Shown here: positions 23,301 through 31,729 of the stretch, one piece after another
How positions within the stretch are numbered: the stretch's first letter is position 1
Layout of the letters: each line of letters starts with the position of its first letter
Source: a virus
Strand: one strand, 5' to 3'
Virus record (IMG/VR): IMGVR_UViG_3300021963_000069
Coordinates: 29,551 to 93,550 of that record
DNA: 64,000 nt
The notes under the pieces: model-generated
What the model was told of the DNA's origin: nothing
Database searches by the model: none
What the model saw: the letters and a program-made list of their open reading frames with translations, nothing else
Position numbers and translations under genes: made by a program

Positions 23301-25912
23301 GTAGAATTATTAACTAAAGTTAAATTTGTAGTTCCGATGCTAATTGGTAAGTTACCATTAGAATTATAAACTATAGCTTCTCCATTACTTAAATTGTGAT
23401 CGGATATAAAAGATAATTGATTCGTGGTAGAGCTAATTCCACCAGAATTAGTTGTTAATCTTCCATCAAATAAAATATCTCTCTTTCTTTTTGTGATAAT
23501 TGGTTCCAATACACAATCAGATCCATTACCTCCGGTTATTTTGATAGAAACAATTGTATTGATGTCATAATCTTGCGAGTCGATGTAAACTTTTTTAATT
23601 GATCCTCTAACCACCGGTCTAACCAAAGCAGTATTTCCAAGTCCAGCAGAAACAACTAGTAGTGGAGGGTTGATAACATCATAGTCATTTCCACCATTTA
23701 ATACATTAATAGATTTTAGTGGTCCATAATAAACTTTATCATCTGATTTATAATTGACAATTTCTACGCCATTAATTAACATTCCAACTGGACCAGGAAT
23801 TGTTAATTCTCCGGTTCCTGTATCGATACTTTGAGATAATGGAAATTTTTTTAATAGTTTTTGAGCACCTATTATTCCTGATTTTTGAGAATATAACGTA
23901 AATTTGTGAGTTTGATTGGAAAAATTTGAATTAGAAAATGTTAAAAAATTATCAGTTCCAACAAATGATCTTGATGAAAATACTCTTATTTTATTAGGTG
24001 AATCTAAAACTTGTATATAATAATCTCCAGTATCTAAACCTACAATTGGAGTTCCTGATGGTTGATAATAAATTCTATCTCCGGTGATAAACGGAACAGT
24101 ATTTTGAAATACTATACTAGTATAATTGTCATCAATTACATCAGTTATTCCTACTCCAACAGATGTTTTAATGTCTTTTGTTATTCTATATGTAAAATTT
24201 CCAGCATATCCATCTCTTCCCGATGGTAATGAATTGGAAGCTACATACGAATACTCACTATCAGTATATAAATTTTGAATATCAGATATAATAACATTAT
24301 TTCCAAACTGTATTGGAACTATTGTACTATTTGCGGTATTAATTTTTCTCCTTAAATCGTATTTTGCACCAATTTCTGCAGAAAATCCAGAATTAGTAAT
24401 AATAACTCTATTTTCTGCTGATACAATATCAGAAATATATGCACCGGATGATGAAACTACTATGTTAGTGCCTCTTTCTAATATTTCAACTTCATCTCCA
24501 ACTTTTAAACTAGATCTATCAATTGGACTTTTTAAAATAAAATTATTAATATTTTCTATTTCATATCTAGATGCGGTGTTGTATATCCAAGAATTTGCAA
24601 AAATTTCTTTATATGTTTTATTATTTTGTGGATTTCTGATTAAATCTCCAATATTTTTAACAGAAATTATTTGACCCTCATCTAGATTTAAGGTATCGGA
24701 TACTTGTACAAATTTAGATAATACTCCGGCAAGCCTTATCTCAACCTTTTTATTTAAATCTCCGTCTTCATAACTAAAATAAATTTCATCGGATCTTATG
24801 TTGTCGGTTGATAAAATTACCGATGTAATTCCCACACATCCAAAAAATTGATTAATACTTTTACTAGTATAATTAATCTTATTATTTCCGGATACAAGTG
24901 CTCCTTTTTCTGGAAATCCAATCGTGGAGTCTACTGAAATTACCGAAGATCCAATAGAAACATTTGTTATACATTTTGTATTTGGAGTAATTGTAAAATT
25001 TCCAAGAACAGCAGAAAAATTTTCATATCCAACAAAAAGTGAAATTTTAAAGTATGGAATATTATTTCTGGTAAATATTTCTACTTCAGAAATTGAGGCG
25101 CTGATATTTTCATCATTAACTTTTTTAAGTGTTTGTCCCACCAATTTAGAAGGATCTCCCGAAATTCTCTCTGCGATTAAAACTTCTCTTCTGATAAATT
25201 CTGCGGAGGAAGGTTTAATTAAAAAATTCTCTAGGTTTACAACCTGTGGCGTTACTCCATATAAAATATTAAATAAAATTCTAAATGATTCGTCAGTTCC
25301 TTTTGATTGATAAAAAGATTTTGCTTCTTTTATAAAATTACCAACATTTAAATTTGATACAAAATCATATTCTTCCAATCCAGGAGTGAAAGTATATTTT
25401 AATTTTTTATAAAATTCTTTCAAAAATAAAGAACTTAAATTTTGTACTAGTACCCCACTATTATGAGAAACAGCTTCGGATTCGGAAAATACTAGTTCTT
25501 CTTGATTTAAATTTTTATGATAGTCAACAATTCCACTAAATCCACGAATACAACCGGTAAATGTATTTGTAGTTAATCCAGTGTAGGTAATAATTTCATC
25601 ATCAATTTTGAGTAATCCATAAGTTTGAGGAAATCCCTTAGTCGAGGTAACCGTAACAATTCCGGAAGAGGATGAAATATTAGTGGATAATCTGACAGAA
25701 TCTACAATAACTTCGGGAGTTAAATTATCTAATTTTAAATATTGATCTAAATTTTCTGCAATATCAATTGGACCACCTTGATATTCCTGAGAAATATAAT
25801 ATTGTTTTAAGAATTCTGCCGTATTGGGACTTTCATCCAAAATAAAATTTGGAAGTTGACTTTCTATAACTTGTTGAACCTTAACTCTAGATTCGAACCC
25901 AGTCTGTATCAT
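14339..25912 (-). CDS. gp7: Baseplate wedge initiator gp7 (3857 aa)
   Basis: FLKQYYISQEYQGGP, FYQSKGTDESF, IIGWAYDGNPIYGPYG, DNDYYQNLSY; lies between gp6 and gp8. Confidence 0.88.
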   Translation of the reverse strand: MIQTGFESRVKVQQVIESQLPNFILDESPNTAEFLKQYYISQEYQGGPIDIAENLDQYLKLDNLTPEVIVDSVRLSTNISSSSGIVTVTSTKGFPQTYGLLKIDDEIITYTGLTTNTFTGCIRGFSGIVDYHKNLNQEELVFSESEAVSHNSGVLVQNLSSLFLKEFYKKLKYTFTPGLEEYDFVSNLNVGNFIKEAKSFYQSKGTDESFRILFNILYGVTPQVVNLENFLIKPSSAEFIRREVLIAERISGDPSKLVGQTLKKVNDENISASISEVEIFTRNNIPYFKISLFVGYENFSAVLGNFTITPNTKCITNVSIGSSVISVDSTIGFPEKGALVSGNNKINYTSKSINQFFGCVGITSVILSTDNIRSDEIYFSYEDGDLNKKVEIRLAGVLSKFVQVSDTLNLDEGQIISVKNIGDLIRNPQNNKTYKEIFANSWIYNTASRYEIENINNFILKSPIDRSSLKVGDEVEILERGTNIVVSSSGAYISDIVSAENRVIITNSGFSAEIGAKYDLRRKINTANSTIVPIQFGNNVIISDIQNLYTDSEYSYVASNSLPSGRDGYAGNFTYRITKDIKTSVGVGITDVIDDNYTSIVFQNTVPFITGDRIYYQPSGTPIVGLDTGDYYIQVLDSPNKIRVFSSRSFVGTDNFLTFSNSNFSNQTHKFTLYSQKSGIIGAQKLLKKFPLSQSIDTGTGELTIPGPVGMLINGVEIVNYKSDDKVYYGPLKSINVLNGGNDYDVINPPLLVVSAGLGNTALVRPVVRGSIKKVYIDSQDYDINTIVSIKITGGNGSDCVLEPIITKRKRDILFDGRLTTNSGGISSTTNQLSFISDHNLSNGEAIVYNSNGNLPISIGTTNLTLVNNSTYYPKIDNNRTIRLYQSNSDYQSGINTVKFNGINAGGIHKFSTALFKNTISEIKVLNGGSGYTNRKLIVSSAGISTSNHAINFQKHGFESGELVTYQYETSTIGISTLSQYYVLKNNDNSFRLCDAGIGGTNISNYNRKNYVRFSSIGSGYQYFSYPDISVSIQYTPVGFGTTTQQVQSLVTTPVVKGTIVDAYLYQGGTGYGSTILNLEKKPSISIKNGREARLTPIIINGQINSVNIESSGNDYYSTPDLIVTDLTGSGSGADLRPVIINQRITDVKVISAGIGYSSSSTTIQVKPAGSGAILDANIRDLTLNHNVKFGNEILRETENQLQYSVCGYFDTLRNSFNDNESKVSNIIGWAYDGNPIYGPYGYSNPKDSNSIPKSLISGYVLNSSNIIDRPNSFSSGFFVEDYQYTNSGDLDENNGRFGKTPEFPDGVYAYFSTLDISSNPTFPYFIGNRYRSNTIKENSTLNQKFDFNNSNLLRNTLPYKVSDDYAKNDFVNEVDQITAQEAIVESVSEGFISGFDIVNSGFNYKVNDVLNFDDSNTLGGGLIARVSSIEGKDIVKIDTSVETYENAIFTYENGEEVKVTIKPNHNLSNNDFIVISGFSTNLSKLNNSYKITVSSYYSNVLKDIPSSPTSGLTTEIYVTQLPTTVSVGSSISIGGEILSILEVYKNLNILKVERGSTGVSHTTTTQINFIPDSFIIPQKIDYFESKVNNKVFFNPVQSVGIGTTPGATITTTFKFGDSNITRNIPTQGIYIENHPFSNNQKVVFTTNGGTPISISTSPTSGTFDLPQNVYVTNKNINTIGIKTSLISSDVFFRINGSNNDKYSFESTYPQIIGKVERIKSVVSVSTSHELSNQDNIKLNIKPNLSVGIGTSTSIYTKRDLITGNILINPISFNSSGINTETDTILINSHNLKTGDKVLYSANSVASGLSTGFYYVYKVNDNSIKLCETYIDSETIPPTIVGINSTGGSNQSISLINPQIISFKNNNLVFNLSDNSLVGYNFKIYYDKDYKNEFISTPLSGIGTIGVSNNASITINYDDNIPTQLYYNLEKSGYISTSDKEVNNYSEILFVDSIYNSNYKISGVGTTTFNISLSKKPEKLTYTSNECDRLQYLTNSLSAKGPIDKINIISSGSGYKKLPSIKGSNSLAGKDAYIIPKSTSIGNAKEVRIIDEGFQYSSDKTLQPIAAISPLIIIKNSNTIDSVIVTNGGRGYTDVPSIVIVNIETGEEINSGILEATLSGNTINSVNIIQKPKGIPETAVGLYATNNTNGISIQKVESSSTGIFTCFITTPTLGFSTPAFNIGDEVFIEGIQKSSINGSGFNSENYGYKFFKISNYNNTGVLVAVTIDISKLTPNTGIAKTVQDSIGNIIKSIDYPSFNITKTPSSFNIGEKLISNGIERDLKISSYQNSFIKVLGRYELSTGEVIIGKESGNIATVDKIKSGFGRFNVDYSVEKSIGWSNDVGKLDQDNQVIPDNDYYQNLSYTIKSPITYQELRTPVNSLVHSSGLKNFSDTGITSTTNSGITTSENATTIFYDIIEENRVDTIYDFDLVKDIDVVGTSSKFLKLKNKKLTDYIECKTNVVLKIDNINRQFSDADGNPSEFINLAELNPGESYLNLLVRISTADNSQIQLSEIIILDNGNDLFLSEKSTIVNTGTEIIHFLEETTIGEFLLISDDNDDNYLRFVPKDPFNTDYDIKLINTNFNSDLPGIGTTSVGFVNLNSCNRTATSGIQTSIISVQKNKFSSLYSNVQIIDSVTKQMNFAEVYLNHNGISSDTYISEYYFDSEFSSNFYSGNHIGIFTASISPSGILSLDYISNSPNIVDIRSKIVGFGTTSIGIGTYRFISSGELPGNERSAIYQSNYSSTVSSASTIVSLNKSNFNAVKSLVEVSVGSTSALHQIMMVQDESNIYVQQLPFLSVGSTNGIGTFGGEYSGSNFILKFYPDPSVTSNVNILSFNQCLYTILDTQNTPPSLNYGDITEFIDIKQYNAINGGRINRTNFDLKSNNIPIFAKTFNPTSSTTLNPSTGVFTIQNHFFSDLEKLTYTPKSTFIGVGASAMRIGAGPTLLPSEVYVIKLSDNTFKLATTKSNAISGIGVTFTSYGSGNAHQLEMNKKLEKSLITIDNIVQYPLIFTPISYNLSGNGGQIGAGSSIFALSGISTIAPKDILKIDNEYMGIINVGLGTTNIGPITNSGGISLVEVKRAFVGSSASTHSDSSSVRIYRGSYNIVDSSIFFAESPRGNPQIIRDSSNLTFETSDFTGRVFLRNNYTSNQLYDDISNKFTGIGRTFTLTVGGANTVGLGTSGGNGILFINGVFQTPTTINNPENNFSIIENTVSGISSVVFSGIRDPEDLQIITSEYDINQNQTPRGGIIISLGSSTGLGYAPLVGAAVTAVVGAGGSIVSVGLGTTDNLGSGYNGIVSIGVSVYQSGHIGDTAIITASVGAGGTLSFNVGAGGTGYTNPKIFVSEPSYENLDVIGISRLGIGATTDTGIGLLLNVEVGASSTTGIGSTYFEVSRFSISRQGYSFRRGDVFKPVGLVTAKGLTSPLSEFRLTVVDTFSDSFAAWQFGEFDYIDSIKNYQDGIRTRFPLFYNNDLLSFEALEDSQVNLSNALLIVINGVIQDPGVAYQFEGGTSFVFTTAPRKEDNVAIFFYKGTGGDDTVLNTSINETLKRGDTVQVLKNNSISGTLTQNKRTIFDLSFSDKFETNLYSDQGVDSENNKPLSWIKQKVDRKINGENVYKTRDSIESLIYPTAKIIKDFSTTDTTIFVDNAEFFEYDNIINPKPFSSLIVNGISTITNGAVELISNIISIDGFSGIITGITTTTGSSGNPLALRFYLNSPAYTGLQTGYPIYIFDTRVGGGITSIDTSNSAVIGIGTTFVDNVYYIHQFSSNGTVGIITCNIRSNTSVVGLSSSGSTLNPIGKYSWGKLSGFTRSSSPISIGVSGNTVDVGLSTFPTIQRRGIGIRQTGALPKLL

Positions 25913-25913
25913 A

Positions 25914-27824
25914 TTATACTCTTATTAGATTCCCGTTTGAATAACTTGAGGTGTAGTAGTCTTTGATAAATGCCGTTCCAGATATTTCATCACCAGAAGC
26001 GATTACATCTCTTACCATATTTATTGTGCTTTTTTCGATACTAAAATTTAAATATAGATCTCTTAATCCAACAACATCATTTGATTCCGGAAATGCCTGT
26101 ATTTCGATAATATCATTTGGTTTAGATGTGGAAATAATATTTAATGGTCCTAATGTAATTTCACCCTTGGTATAATCGACCGTTCCGGCAGATTTTACAA
26201 CCACTCTTGTGGACCCGTCACTTAATGGTCTTACTACTGACAATATTCCTTTTCCACTTCCATCTAAATTTCTACTAGAATCCTTGTTTGGAACATCTGT
26301 TAGATATACCGTTTCTGATTCTCCGGAAATTTTAAATCCGGTACTTTTAATATTAAATCCATCACAATTAATATGAAATTTGTTTCCAAAACATAATTCA
26401 TATTGAGTAACTTGATTTATTAGTGCCTTTAGGTCTCTTCTAATTTTAACCTTGGTGATATTAGAGGTTATGGAAGTGTCGGTATTATCAATTATTTGAA
26501 GAACTTTGCTGTACTTGAATCTTCCACCAAATGAGTTAAGATCAACAGATTTCGAGTATTCAGTTAATGAATTTATTACTTTTGTTTTTAGTGATTCTAA
26601 TGAAGATACTTGATTGTAATTATAATAAATTGATGAATCAATCTCAACATATAGTAGTTTAAGATCAATTATTTCTTGATTAATTCCGGAAATACTATAT
26701 TGTCTTAGTTTATTTTTAATTTGTTGTTTATTAAAATCTGAAACAAAGGTTCCATTTTTTGGTTTAATGCTTATAAATACTGTTCCAAATTGCGCAGGAA
26801 CGAGTTCTTCTCCACCAACAACCGCAACAGATTCGGTATCTGGATATATTTTTTTTATAATTGCCTCATAATCTCTCGAAGTTACCGCTCTATATTGTGA
26901 GGAATAAATTCTCGGAGCAAAATACTTAACAGAATCTACTGATTCTATTTCTGATCCATTTTGAGATGACTGATTTGTCGTGATGGATACTGAACCTATA
27001 TTAATTGTTGCTCCTTCTGCATTTCGGATACTTCCGGCAAAAGAAAAAGAAGATGCCCCATTACCTTCTTTTCCGTCAGTTACGATATAATTTACGGTAA
27101 TGACAGCATTATTTTCTAATTTTTGTCCAATAATACCATCACCAAAAAGTAATTCATACTTTTCATCCTGAACTTCTTGTAAAAGATAAATTTTTGAGTT
27201 TGATTTTACTTCAAGAATGTTATCAACCGAAAAATATTCTACACCAACACCACTATCATTAATTCCTTTCACATAAACGGAGATTGTCGAAGTATCGATG
27301 AAAGAATTATTCAATATAAATCTTTGATCTAATGATCCATCAACAATAAATTGTTTTGTGAGAAATGTTCCCTGATATGCATCAATACTATTAAAGGATG
27401 CCGCTTCATTCACCACATTTGCCGAGATATCATCAGGAATTGAAAATGTATAAGAGGTATTATCAACGGACCCCACACACACCAAACCCGCCTGTAAGGT
27501 CACTACGGAAGTATTTGTGGTTACTGGTACATTAAAGGATACTCGTGCCTTTGCTGCTGTCCTGGAGCGAGGTACATAACCAATATTTCTTGCGAGCGAG
27601 ACTACATTTTCTCTTAATGTTGCAGAATCCAAGAAGGATTCATTCACAATCATATTCGAGTTAAATGCGGTAATATAGGTATTATATGCCAGAGTGTCGA
27701 TTAATACTGAAAAATTAGACCCCTCAAAGTCAAAATCCGTGAATGTGGAGTTGGCACGGAGATAATCTTTAATCGAGGTCTTTATCTGATCAAAATCCAG
27801 ATTTGTAAATTTAGTGAAAGGCAT
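25914..27824 (-). CDS. gp6: Baseplate wedge subunit gp6
   Basis: LDFDQIK..IKDYLR..FTDFDFEGSN, ESFLDSATLRENVVSLARNIGYVPRS, QYRAVTSRDY. Confidence 0.95.
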   Translation of the reverse strand: MPFTKFTNLDFDQIKTSIKDYLRANSTFTDFDFEGSNFSVLIDTLAYNTYITAFNSNMIVNESFLDSATLRENVVSLARNIGYVPRSRTAAKARVSFNVPVTTNTSVVTLQAGLVCVGSVDNTSYTFSIPDDISANVVNEAASFNSIDAYQGTFLTKQFIVDGSLDQRFILNNSFIDTSTISVYVKGINDSGVGVEYFSVDNILEVKSNSKIYLLQEVQDEKYELLFGDGIIGQKLENNAVITVNYIVTDGKEGNGASSFSFAGSIRNAEGATINIGSVSITTNQSSQNGSEIESVDSVKYFAPRIYSSQYRAVTSRDYEAIIKKIYPDTESVAVVGGEELVPAQFGTVFISIKPKNGTFVSDFNKQQIKNKLRQYSISGINQEIIDLKLLYVEIDSSIYYNYNQVSSLESLKTKVINSLTEYSKSVDLNSFGGRFKYSKVLQIIDNTDTSITSNITKVKIRRDLKALINQVTQYELCFGNKFHINCDGFNIKSTGFKISGESETVYLTDVPNKDSSRNLDGSGKGILSVVRPLSDGSTRVVVKSAGTVDYTKGEITLGPLNIISTSKPNDIIEIQAFPESNDVVGLRDLYLNFSIEKSTINMVRDVIASGDEISGTAFIKDYYTSSYSNGNLIRV

Positions 27825-27825
27825 T

Positions 27826-28227
27826 TTATCTTGTTGCCTCTAATATGAATGAGTATTCTTGAGTTGGTATTTCTTGTCCTATAATATCAAAAATAATTGT
27901 TACATTAAATGTATTATCATCTGGAATAGGATCCACCTGAACGATTACATTATTCACTCTTGGTTCAAAGTTATTAATTGATATTTCAATTTGACTTTGT
28001 ATTACTGATGCAGTACCAAAATCGACAAATTCAAATAAACTTTTTGTAATATCAGATCCTAATATTGAATTGAAGAATCTTTCCGTTGGAATAGTTTCTA
28101 CAATATTTCTTACTGATCTGCGAATTGCATTTTCATTTTTTAATATTGGCAGATCCTTTGTTACTGGATGAGGTTCAAAGGATAAACTGATATCTTTAAA
28201 TGATCTGGATATCCTTTGAATTGCCAT
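27826..28227 (-). CDS. gp25: Baseplate wedge subunit gp25
   Basis: FKDISLSF..HPVTKD, NENAIRRSVRN, ERFFNS.LG, INNFEPRV. Confidence 0.93.
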   Translation of the reverse strand: MAIQRISRSFKDISLSFEPHPVTKDLPILKNENAIRRSVRNIVETIPTERFFNSILGSDITKSLFEFVDFGTASVIQSQIEISINNFEPRVNNVIVQVDPIPDDNTFNVTIIFDIIGQEIPTQEYSFILEATR

Positions 28228-28255
28228 CGAATAAAAGTTTTTTATTTATTTATAC

Positions 28256-28498
28256 TTACTTCCAGGAAGAACCATAGTTTGGTTCGGTTCCGTAGGTCCA
28301 GTCATCGTAATCTTCGTCATTACGAATTTTTTCATGAAGTTCCTGCTGTTTTTTGAGATCATGTTTTGGTGCGGTATCGTGCATAACTTCTTGAATCACT
28401 CTTGTGGGTGGCACTTTTTCATAATCTGTAATCAATCTTGATGTTCCCCACATCTCTCTCATGTAATTTTTGTCTCTATCCACGGGTAAATTTGCCAT
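28256..28498 (-). CDS. Conserved cyanophage hypothetical protein
   Basis: 80-aa ORF, VDRDKNYMREMWGT..LITDY; position upstream of gp25. Confidence 0.7.
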   Translation of the reverse strand: MANLPVDRDKNYMREMWGTSRLITDYEKVPPTRVIQEVMHDTAPKHDLKKQQELHEKIRNDEDYDDWTYGTEPNYGSSWK

Positions 28499-28564
28499 TT
28501 TTTGCTCCTGTTTTAAAGTTAAAACAGAACTTTTATAAAGGAGGTTCCTATCTCCCTGTATTAT

Positions 28565-28906
28565 TTAACGATTTACTTCTCGTAGATTATAATTGTAGGA
28601 ATTTAGGTATTTAAGTAACTCAATTACAACAAGTCTAGGATTTCCTTCACCACAGGTATATACGTCAATTGCCACACAACCATTTTCTGGCCATGTGTGG
28701 CATGATACGTGACTTTCGGAAAGAGCGATGACAATAGTACATCCCTGAGGAACAAAACAATGGGAAAAAATGTTTAAAATTGTCATTTTTGCACGAGTAA
28801 TACCTTTCTCCATTGCTTCTTGGAGTGATATTACGTCGTTTAGTATTTTAAAATCTACATCGTACACCTCTAAAAGGAGATGTGTTCCCATTGAATACTG
28901 TTCCAA
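28565..28906 (-). CDS. speD: S-adenosylmethionine decarboxylase proenzyme
   Basis: GTHLL, F.PQG, LSESHVSCHTWPE (ESH self-cleavage motif), DVYTCG. Confidence 0.93.
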   Translation of the reverse strand: MEQYSMGTHLLLEVYDVDFKILNDVISLQEAMEKGITRAKMTILNIFSHCFVPQGCTIVIALSESHVSCHTWPENGCVAIDVYTCGEGNPRLVVIELLKYLNSYNYNLREVNR

Positions 28907-28933
28907 TTATAATTTCAATAAAAACTTATTTAT

Positions 28934-29080
28934 TTACGATTTTCCTTGCCCTCGGTATTTTTTTCTTGCTTTATTTCGTGATGTTGAGGAATATTTTGTA
29001 TTTAAACCCATTCCTTGCTTTGTTTTTTTGGGAAAAGATTCAATTTCTTGCTTACCGCCGGATGATTTTTTGATTGCCAT
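28934..29080 (-). CDS. Small very basic protein (48 aa, not in the ORF track)
   Basis: MAIKKSSGGKQEIESFPKKTKQGMGLNTKYSSTSRNKARKKYRGQGKS; GGAG RBS upstream. Confidence 0.75.
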   Translation of the reverse strand: MAIKKSSGGKQEIESFPKKTKQGMGLNTKYSSTSRNKARKKYRGQGKS

Positions 29081-29082
29081 GG

Positions 29083-29304
29083 TTATTCTCCTATAATTTC
29101 GGTTTCAATTTCGTTTGGATTTGGAGAACCTGTCTGATAAAACTCAGCTGCCAGGTCCTCTATAACATTAAAATACTCTTCTTCCGAGAGATTTGAGTAT
29201 ATTTTTCTACCATTACATAGAATATTATATACTTCTTTCATTTTTTCAGATAATTCGTGTTTTTTCGTGCCCGACTCGAATGCGAGGGTCACACCAAATC
29301 TCAA
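29083..29304 (-). CDS. Hypothetical protein (true start probably the internal MKEVYNIL)
   Basis: YNILCNGRKIYSNLSEEEYF...FYQTGSP; fills the gap in the operon. Confidence 0.65.
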   Translation of the reverse strand: MRFGVTLAFESGTKKHELSEKMKEVYNILCNGRKIYSNLSEEEYFNVIEDLAAEFYQTGSPNPNEIETEIIGE

Positions 29305-30004
29305 ATCCTGCTTCTTTTGCGTCTAAACAGAAAGATACGTCCTCTCCACACATATCCTGAACCTCTCCGGATTCAAAAACTTGCATTTTTGGAGCAAACC
29401 ATGGATATTTCATTTCGGAGTGTTCAAAAACTCCTTTTTTAATGAGTAACCAACCAAAACCGGCATAATCCACCGTAAATGGTTTGCGTCTTTTGCTGAT
29501 ACTATCAACTGTTTCGTGATTCATGACTCCACCATTATTGCGGAAGTCATCTTCTTCCATCCAGTGAGCGACAGATGTGGTATGACCGTCTTCTGTGGCG
29601 TACCAACCGGAGGCAATATCCTTATTCATTAGAACAAGTTGCCAAAACTTTTCACTACTGAATACAATATCTGAGTCAATCCATAATTGCCAATCATAGT
29701 TTAGTTTTCCGTCCCATGGAAGTTGATCCGGACCTCTCAGAACATTTGCTCCAAGGCATTTGCAACGAGCAAAGTTTACCATGGAAGAATAGTCTTGAGA
29801 AATCTGAATACTTGCTCCGGACTGAACTAGATCAAAGCAGAGTTGTACAAAATTCTTAAGATAGGTATAGGATACTCCTCTTCCGGGTAAACAGAATACT
29901 ATTGATTTTCCTTTTACTATTTCTTTTGCTAAGTTATAGTCCCATTCTGGTTGACTATCTGATGTAACGGGCGATTTTGCCTTTACTGTGAATCCTTTTG
30001 CCAT
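29246..30004 (-). CDS. GT-A glycosyltransferase-like conserved cyanophage protein
   Basis: ARCKCLG, LWIDSDI (DxD motif), GFGWLLIKKGVFE, GEDVSFC, VGHEK. Confidence 0.8.
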   Translation of the reverse strand: MAKGFTVKAKSPVTSDSQPEWDYNLAKEIVKGKSIVFCLPGRGVSYTYLKNFVQLCFDLVQSGASIQISQDYSSMVNFARCKCLGANVLRGPDQLPWDGKLNYDWQLWIDSDIVFSSEKFWQLVLMNKDIASGWYATEDGHTTSVAHWMEEDDFRNNGGVMNHETVDSISKRRKPFTVDYAGFGWLLIKKGVFEHSEMKYPWFAPKMQVFESGEVQDMCGEDVSFCLDAKEAGFEIWCDPRIRVGHEKTRII

Positions 30005-30052
30005 AAAATTACAATACTCAATTCTTTATTATAACAGATTATCTATAAGAGG

Positions 30053-30226
30053 TCAATCATCTCTTTCTGAAATCACAATTTCATCACCTTCGAGTCTTAT
30101 TTTGATTTCGGTATCTTCATACCAAGAGAGATCATTCATAATTTGTTCGGGAACGATTATAAAGTATTTTCCTGTAATTGGATCGACCTGTATGGAGTCA
30201 AAAATTTCTCCGGAATTTTTTTTCAT
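30053..30226 (-). CDS. AbrB/MazE-like small DNA-binding protein (57 aa, not in the ORF track)
   Basis: MKKNSGEIFDSIQVDPITGKYFIIVPEQIMNDLSWYEDTEIKIRLEGDEIVISERDD; swapped-hairpin pattern; TATAAATA at 30293-30300. Confidence 0.65.
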   Translation of the reverse strand: MKKNSGEIFDSIQVDPITGKYFIIVPEQIMNDLSWYEDTEIKIRLEGDEIVISERDD

Positions 30227-30409
30227 GTCTTTGTATTTTGTGCTACCTTTTATGAATTATATAGTACTGAAAAATTTTTTAAGTGAGATCGGTATTTATA
30301 GGTCGATCTGGGTCGTTTATAGCTTATACGGTCCCTATAAAATATAAACAACCCCCCCGGACCCCTGTCTATACACGAACGAACATAAGTGCGCCCACAC
30401 GCATATACG

Positions 30410-30435
30410 AAAAGGGAGAGGATTGCGCCTCTCCC
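30410..30435 (-). terminator. Intrinsic terminator ending the early block
   Basis: Minus strand GGGAGAG-8nt-CTCTCCC-TTTT just after the stop at 30444. Confidence 0.7.
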
Positions 30436-30443
30436 AGTATATC

Positions 30444-31184
30444 CTACCACCCGAACTTGGTCGCGCAGATAGGACCAATCCCCCGCTCAATACTGCGCGG
30501 ATCGGTTAACTCCCGCCCGCAACATGAGCACTCCCCGCTAACCTTACCGTAGCGTATTGCTGCGCTAAGGGGATCATTGGCGGCGCCCATTATGATCTCT
30601 TTAACTGTATCCGACAGGCGCGAATCGCAGCCCTGAGGTGTAACTTTCCCCAGGTACTTTGGTTTCATCCCATAATCGCCCTGTTCAAATTCGGTTTGAG
30701 ATGTAACCCAAAGTGCGCTAAGATCGCGGTTTGGCTTAACATTAACACCCTCGAATCGTAGAGTTAGGCGCTTGGCGCCCTTAGACTTTGCTGCCTCGAA
30801 GGCATTAAACAGTGCCTCAAATTGCGAGGGTTCGTTAGATTTAACCGGCGCAACCTTAACATTATCAATCGCCAATTTATGCGCCCAAGCGTATTGTGAC
30901 GCAGACAGTTTGTTAAATTTTTGCGCAAGATTCTGCGCAAAGTTAGAGCGCATCCCGCGCAGAGTTTCTAACACTTTCGCATCGCTAAGTGTAGAGGTGA
31001 AATTGATAGTTTCCCCCCGCGCAGTTACAGTAAAGTTCTGCGCGGCAACCGGTTCAGAGTTGGCAAGGTCAAACTCTAGGTTTGCCGCTGCCTGCGGATT
31101 TGTGCCATGTAGTCCGCGCAGAACCCGCTCCAGTAGGGCGTCAGTCTCATTGTGGCGGGCAGCGGTGGCGGTGGTGGTGGTCAT
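30444..31184 (-). CDS. DUF6011-type zinc-ribbon protein
   Basis: C-terminal CSCCGRELTDPRSIERGIGPICA; TTGCGG-17-TACAAT promoter just upstream. Confidence 0.8.
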   Translation of the reverse strand: MTTTTATAARHNETDALLERVLRGLHGTNPQAAANLEFDLANSEPVAAQNFTVTARGETINFTSTLSDAKVLETLRGMRSNFAQNLAQKFNKLSASQYAWAHKLAIDNVKVAPVKSNEPSQFEALFNAFEAAKSKGAKRLTLRFEGVNVKPNRDLSALWVTSQTEFEQGDYGMKPKYLGKVTPQGCDSRLSDTVKEIIMGAANDPLSAAIRYGKVSGECSCCGRELTDPRSIERGIGPICATKFGW

Positions 31185-31409
31185 GGGGAAACCTTACGGG
31201 ACCCCTAAATTGTACCACCTAGGGCGCCCAACCGCAAGCAATCTGGAAAAGTATAGCTAACTCTACGCAAGTTTAATATATTATTATTGCTTGGCAGGAT
31301 GGGTGACCTGGTTTGTATCATCACGCCGCCCGCGTTCGTTTGATTGTCCCCATACTGTAGCACCGGGATGGGGGATCCCGCGACCCCCCTTGTGGAACTT
31401 AACAGATCG

Positions 31410-31610
31410 TCACACGGCGGTCCGCGCCGCAAGGCAAGCGCCCCAGAATCCAACCCAGGACTCGCCCTCCTGGCGCTCTAGAGTGCCCCAAGCGGCGCGG
31501 GCAGCGGCACGGCGACGGGCGCGGGGCATGGTGGCACTGGGGCACTGGCGCAGGGTGTGAAAGTCTGCCACGGCGGCAGCGGAGGCGGAGGCGGGGAAGT
31601 GGAAGATCAC
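31410..31610 (-). CDS. Small Ala/Arg-rich early hypothetical protein
   Basis: Stop falls in a promoter box, as for neighbouring genes; promoter-like leader upstream. Confidence 0.5.
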   Translation of the reverse strand: MIFHFPASASAAAVADFHTLRQCPSATMPRARRRAAARAAWGTLERQEGESWVGFWGACLAARTAV

Positions 31611-31729
31611 GGGTCGCGGTGCAGTTGACTCTTAAATTCTAGGAGCGGCGGATCCCCACCGTGGATCGAAACCAGAAAAAACCCATCAGCGATCCTAATG
31701 TATCAAACCGTTAAAATGCTTGACATGGG

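Noticed and set aside
572-29442. Plus-strand ORFs inside the structural genes (e.g. 7697, 10004, 11072, 19470, 24924)
   Set aside because: Antisense shadows of long conserved minus-strand genes with no recognisable motifs
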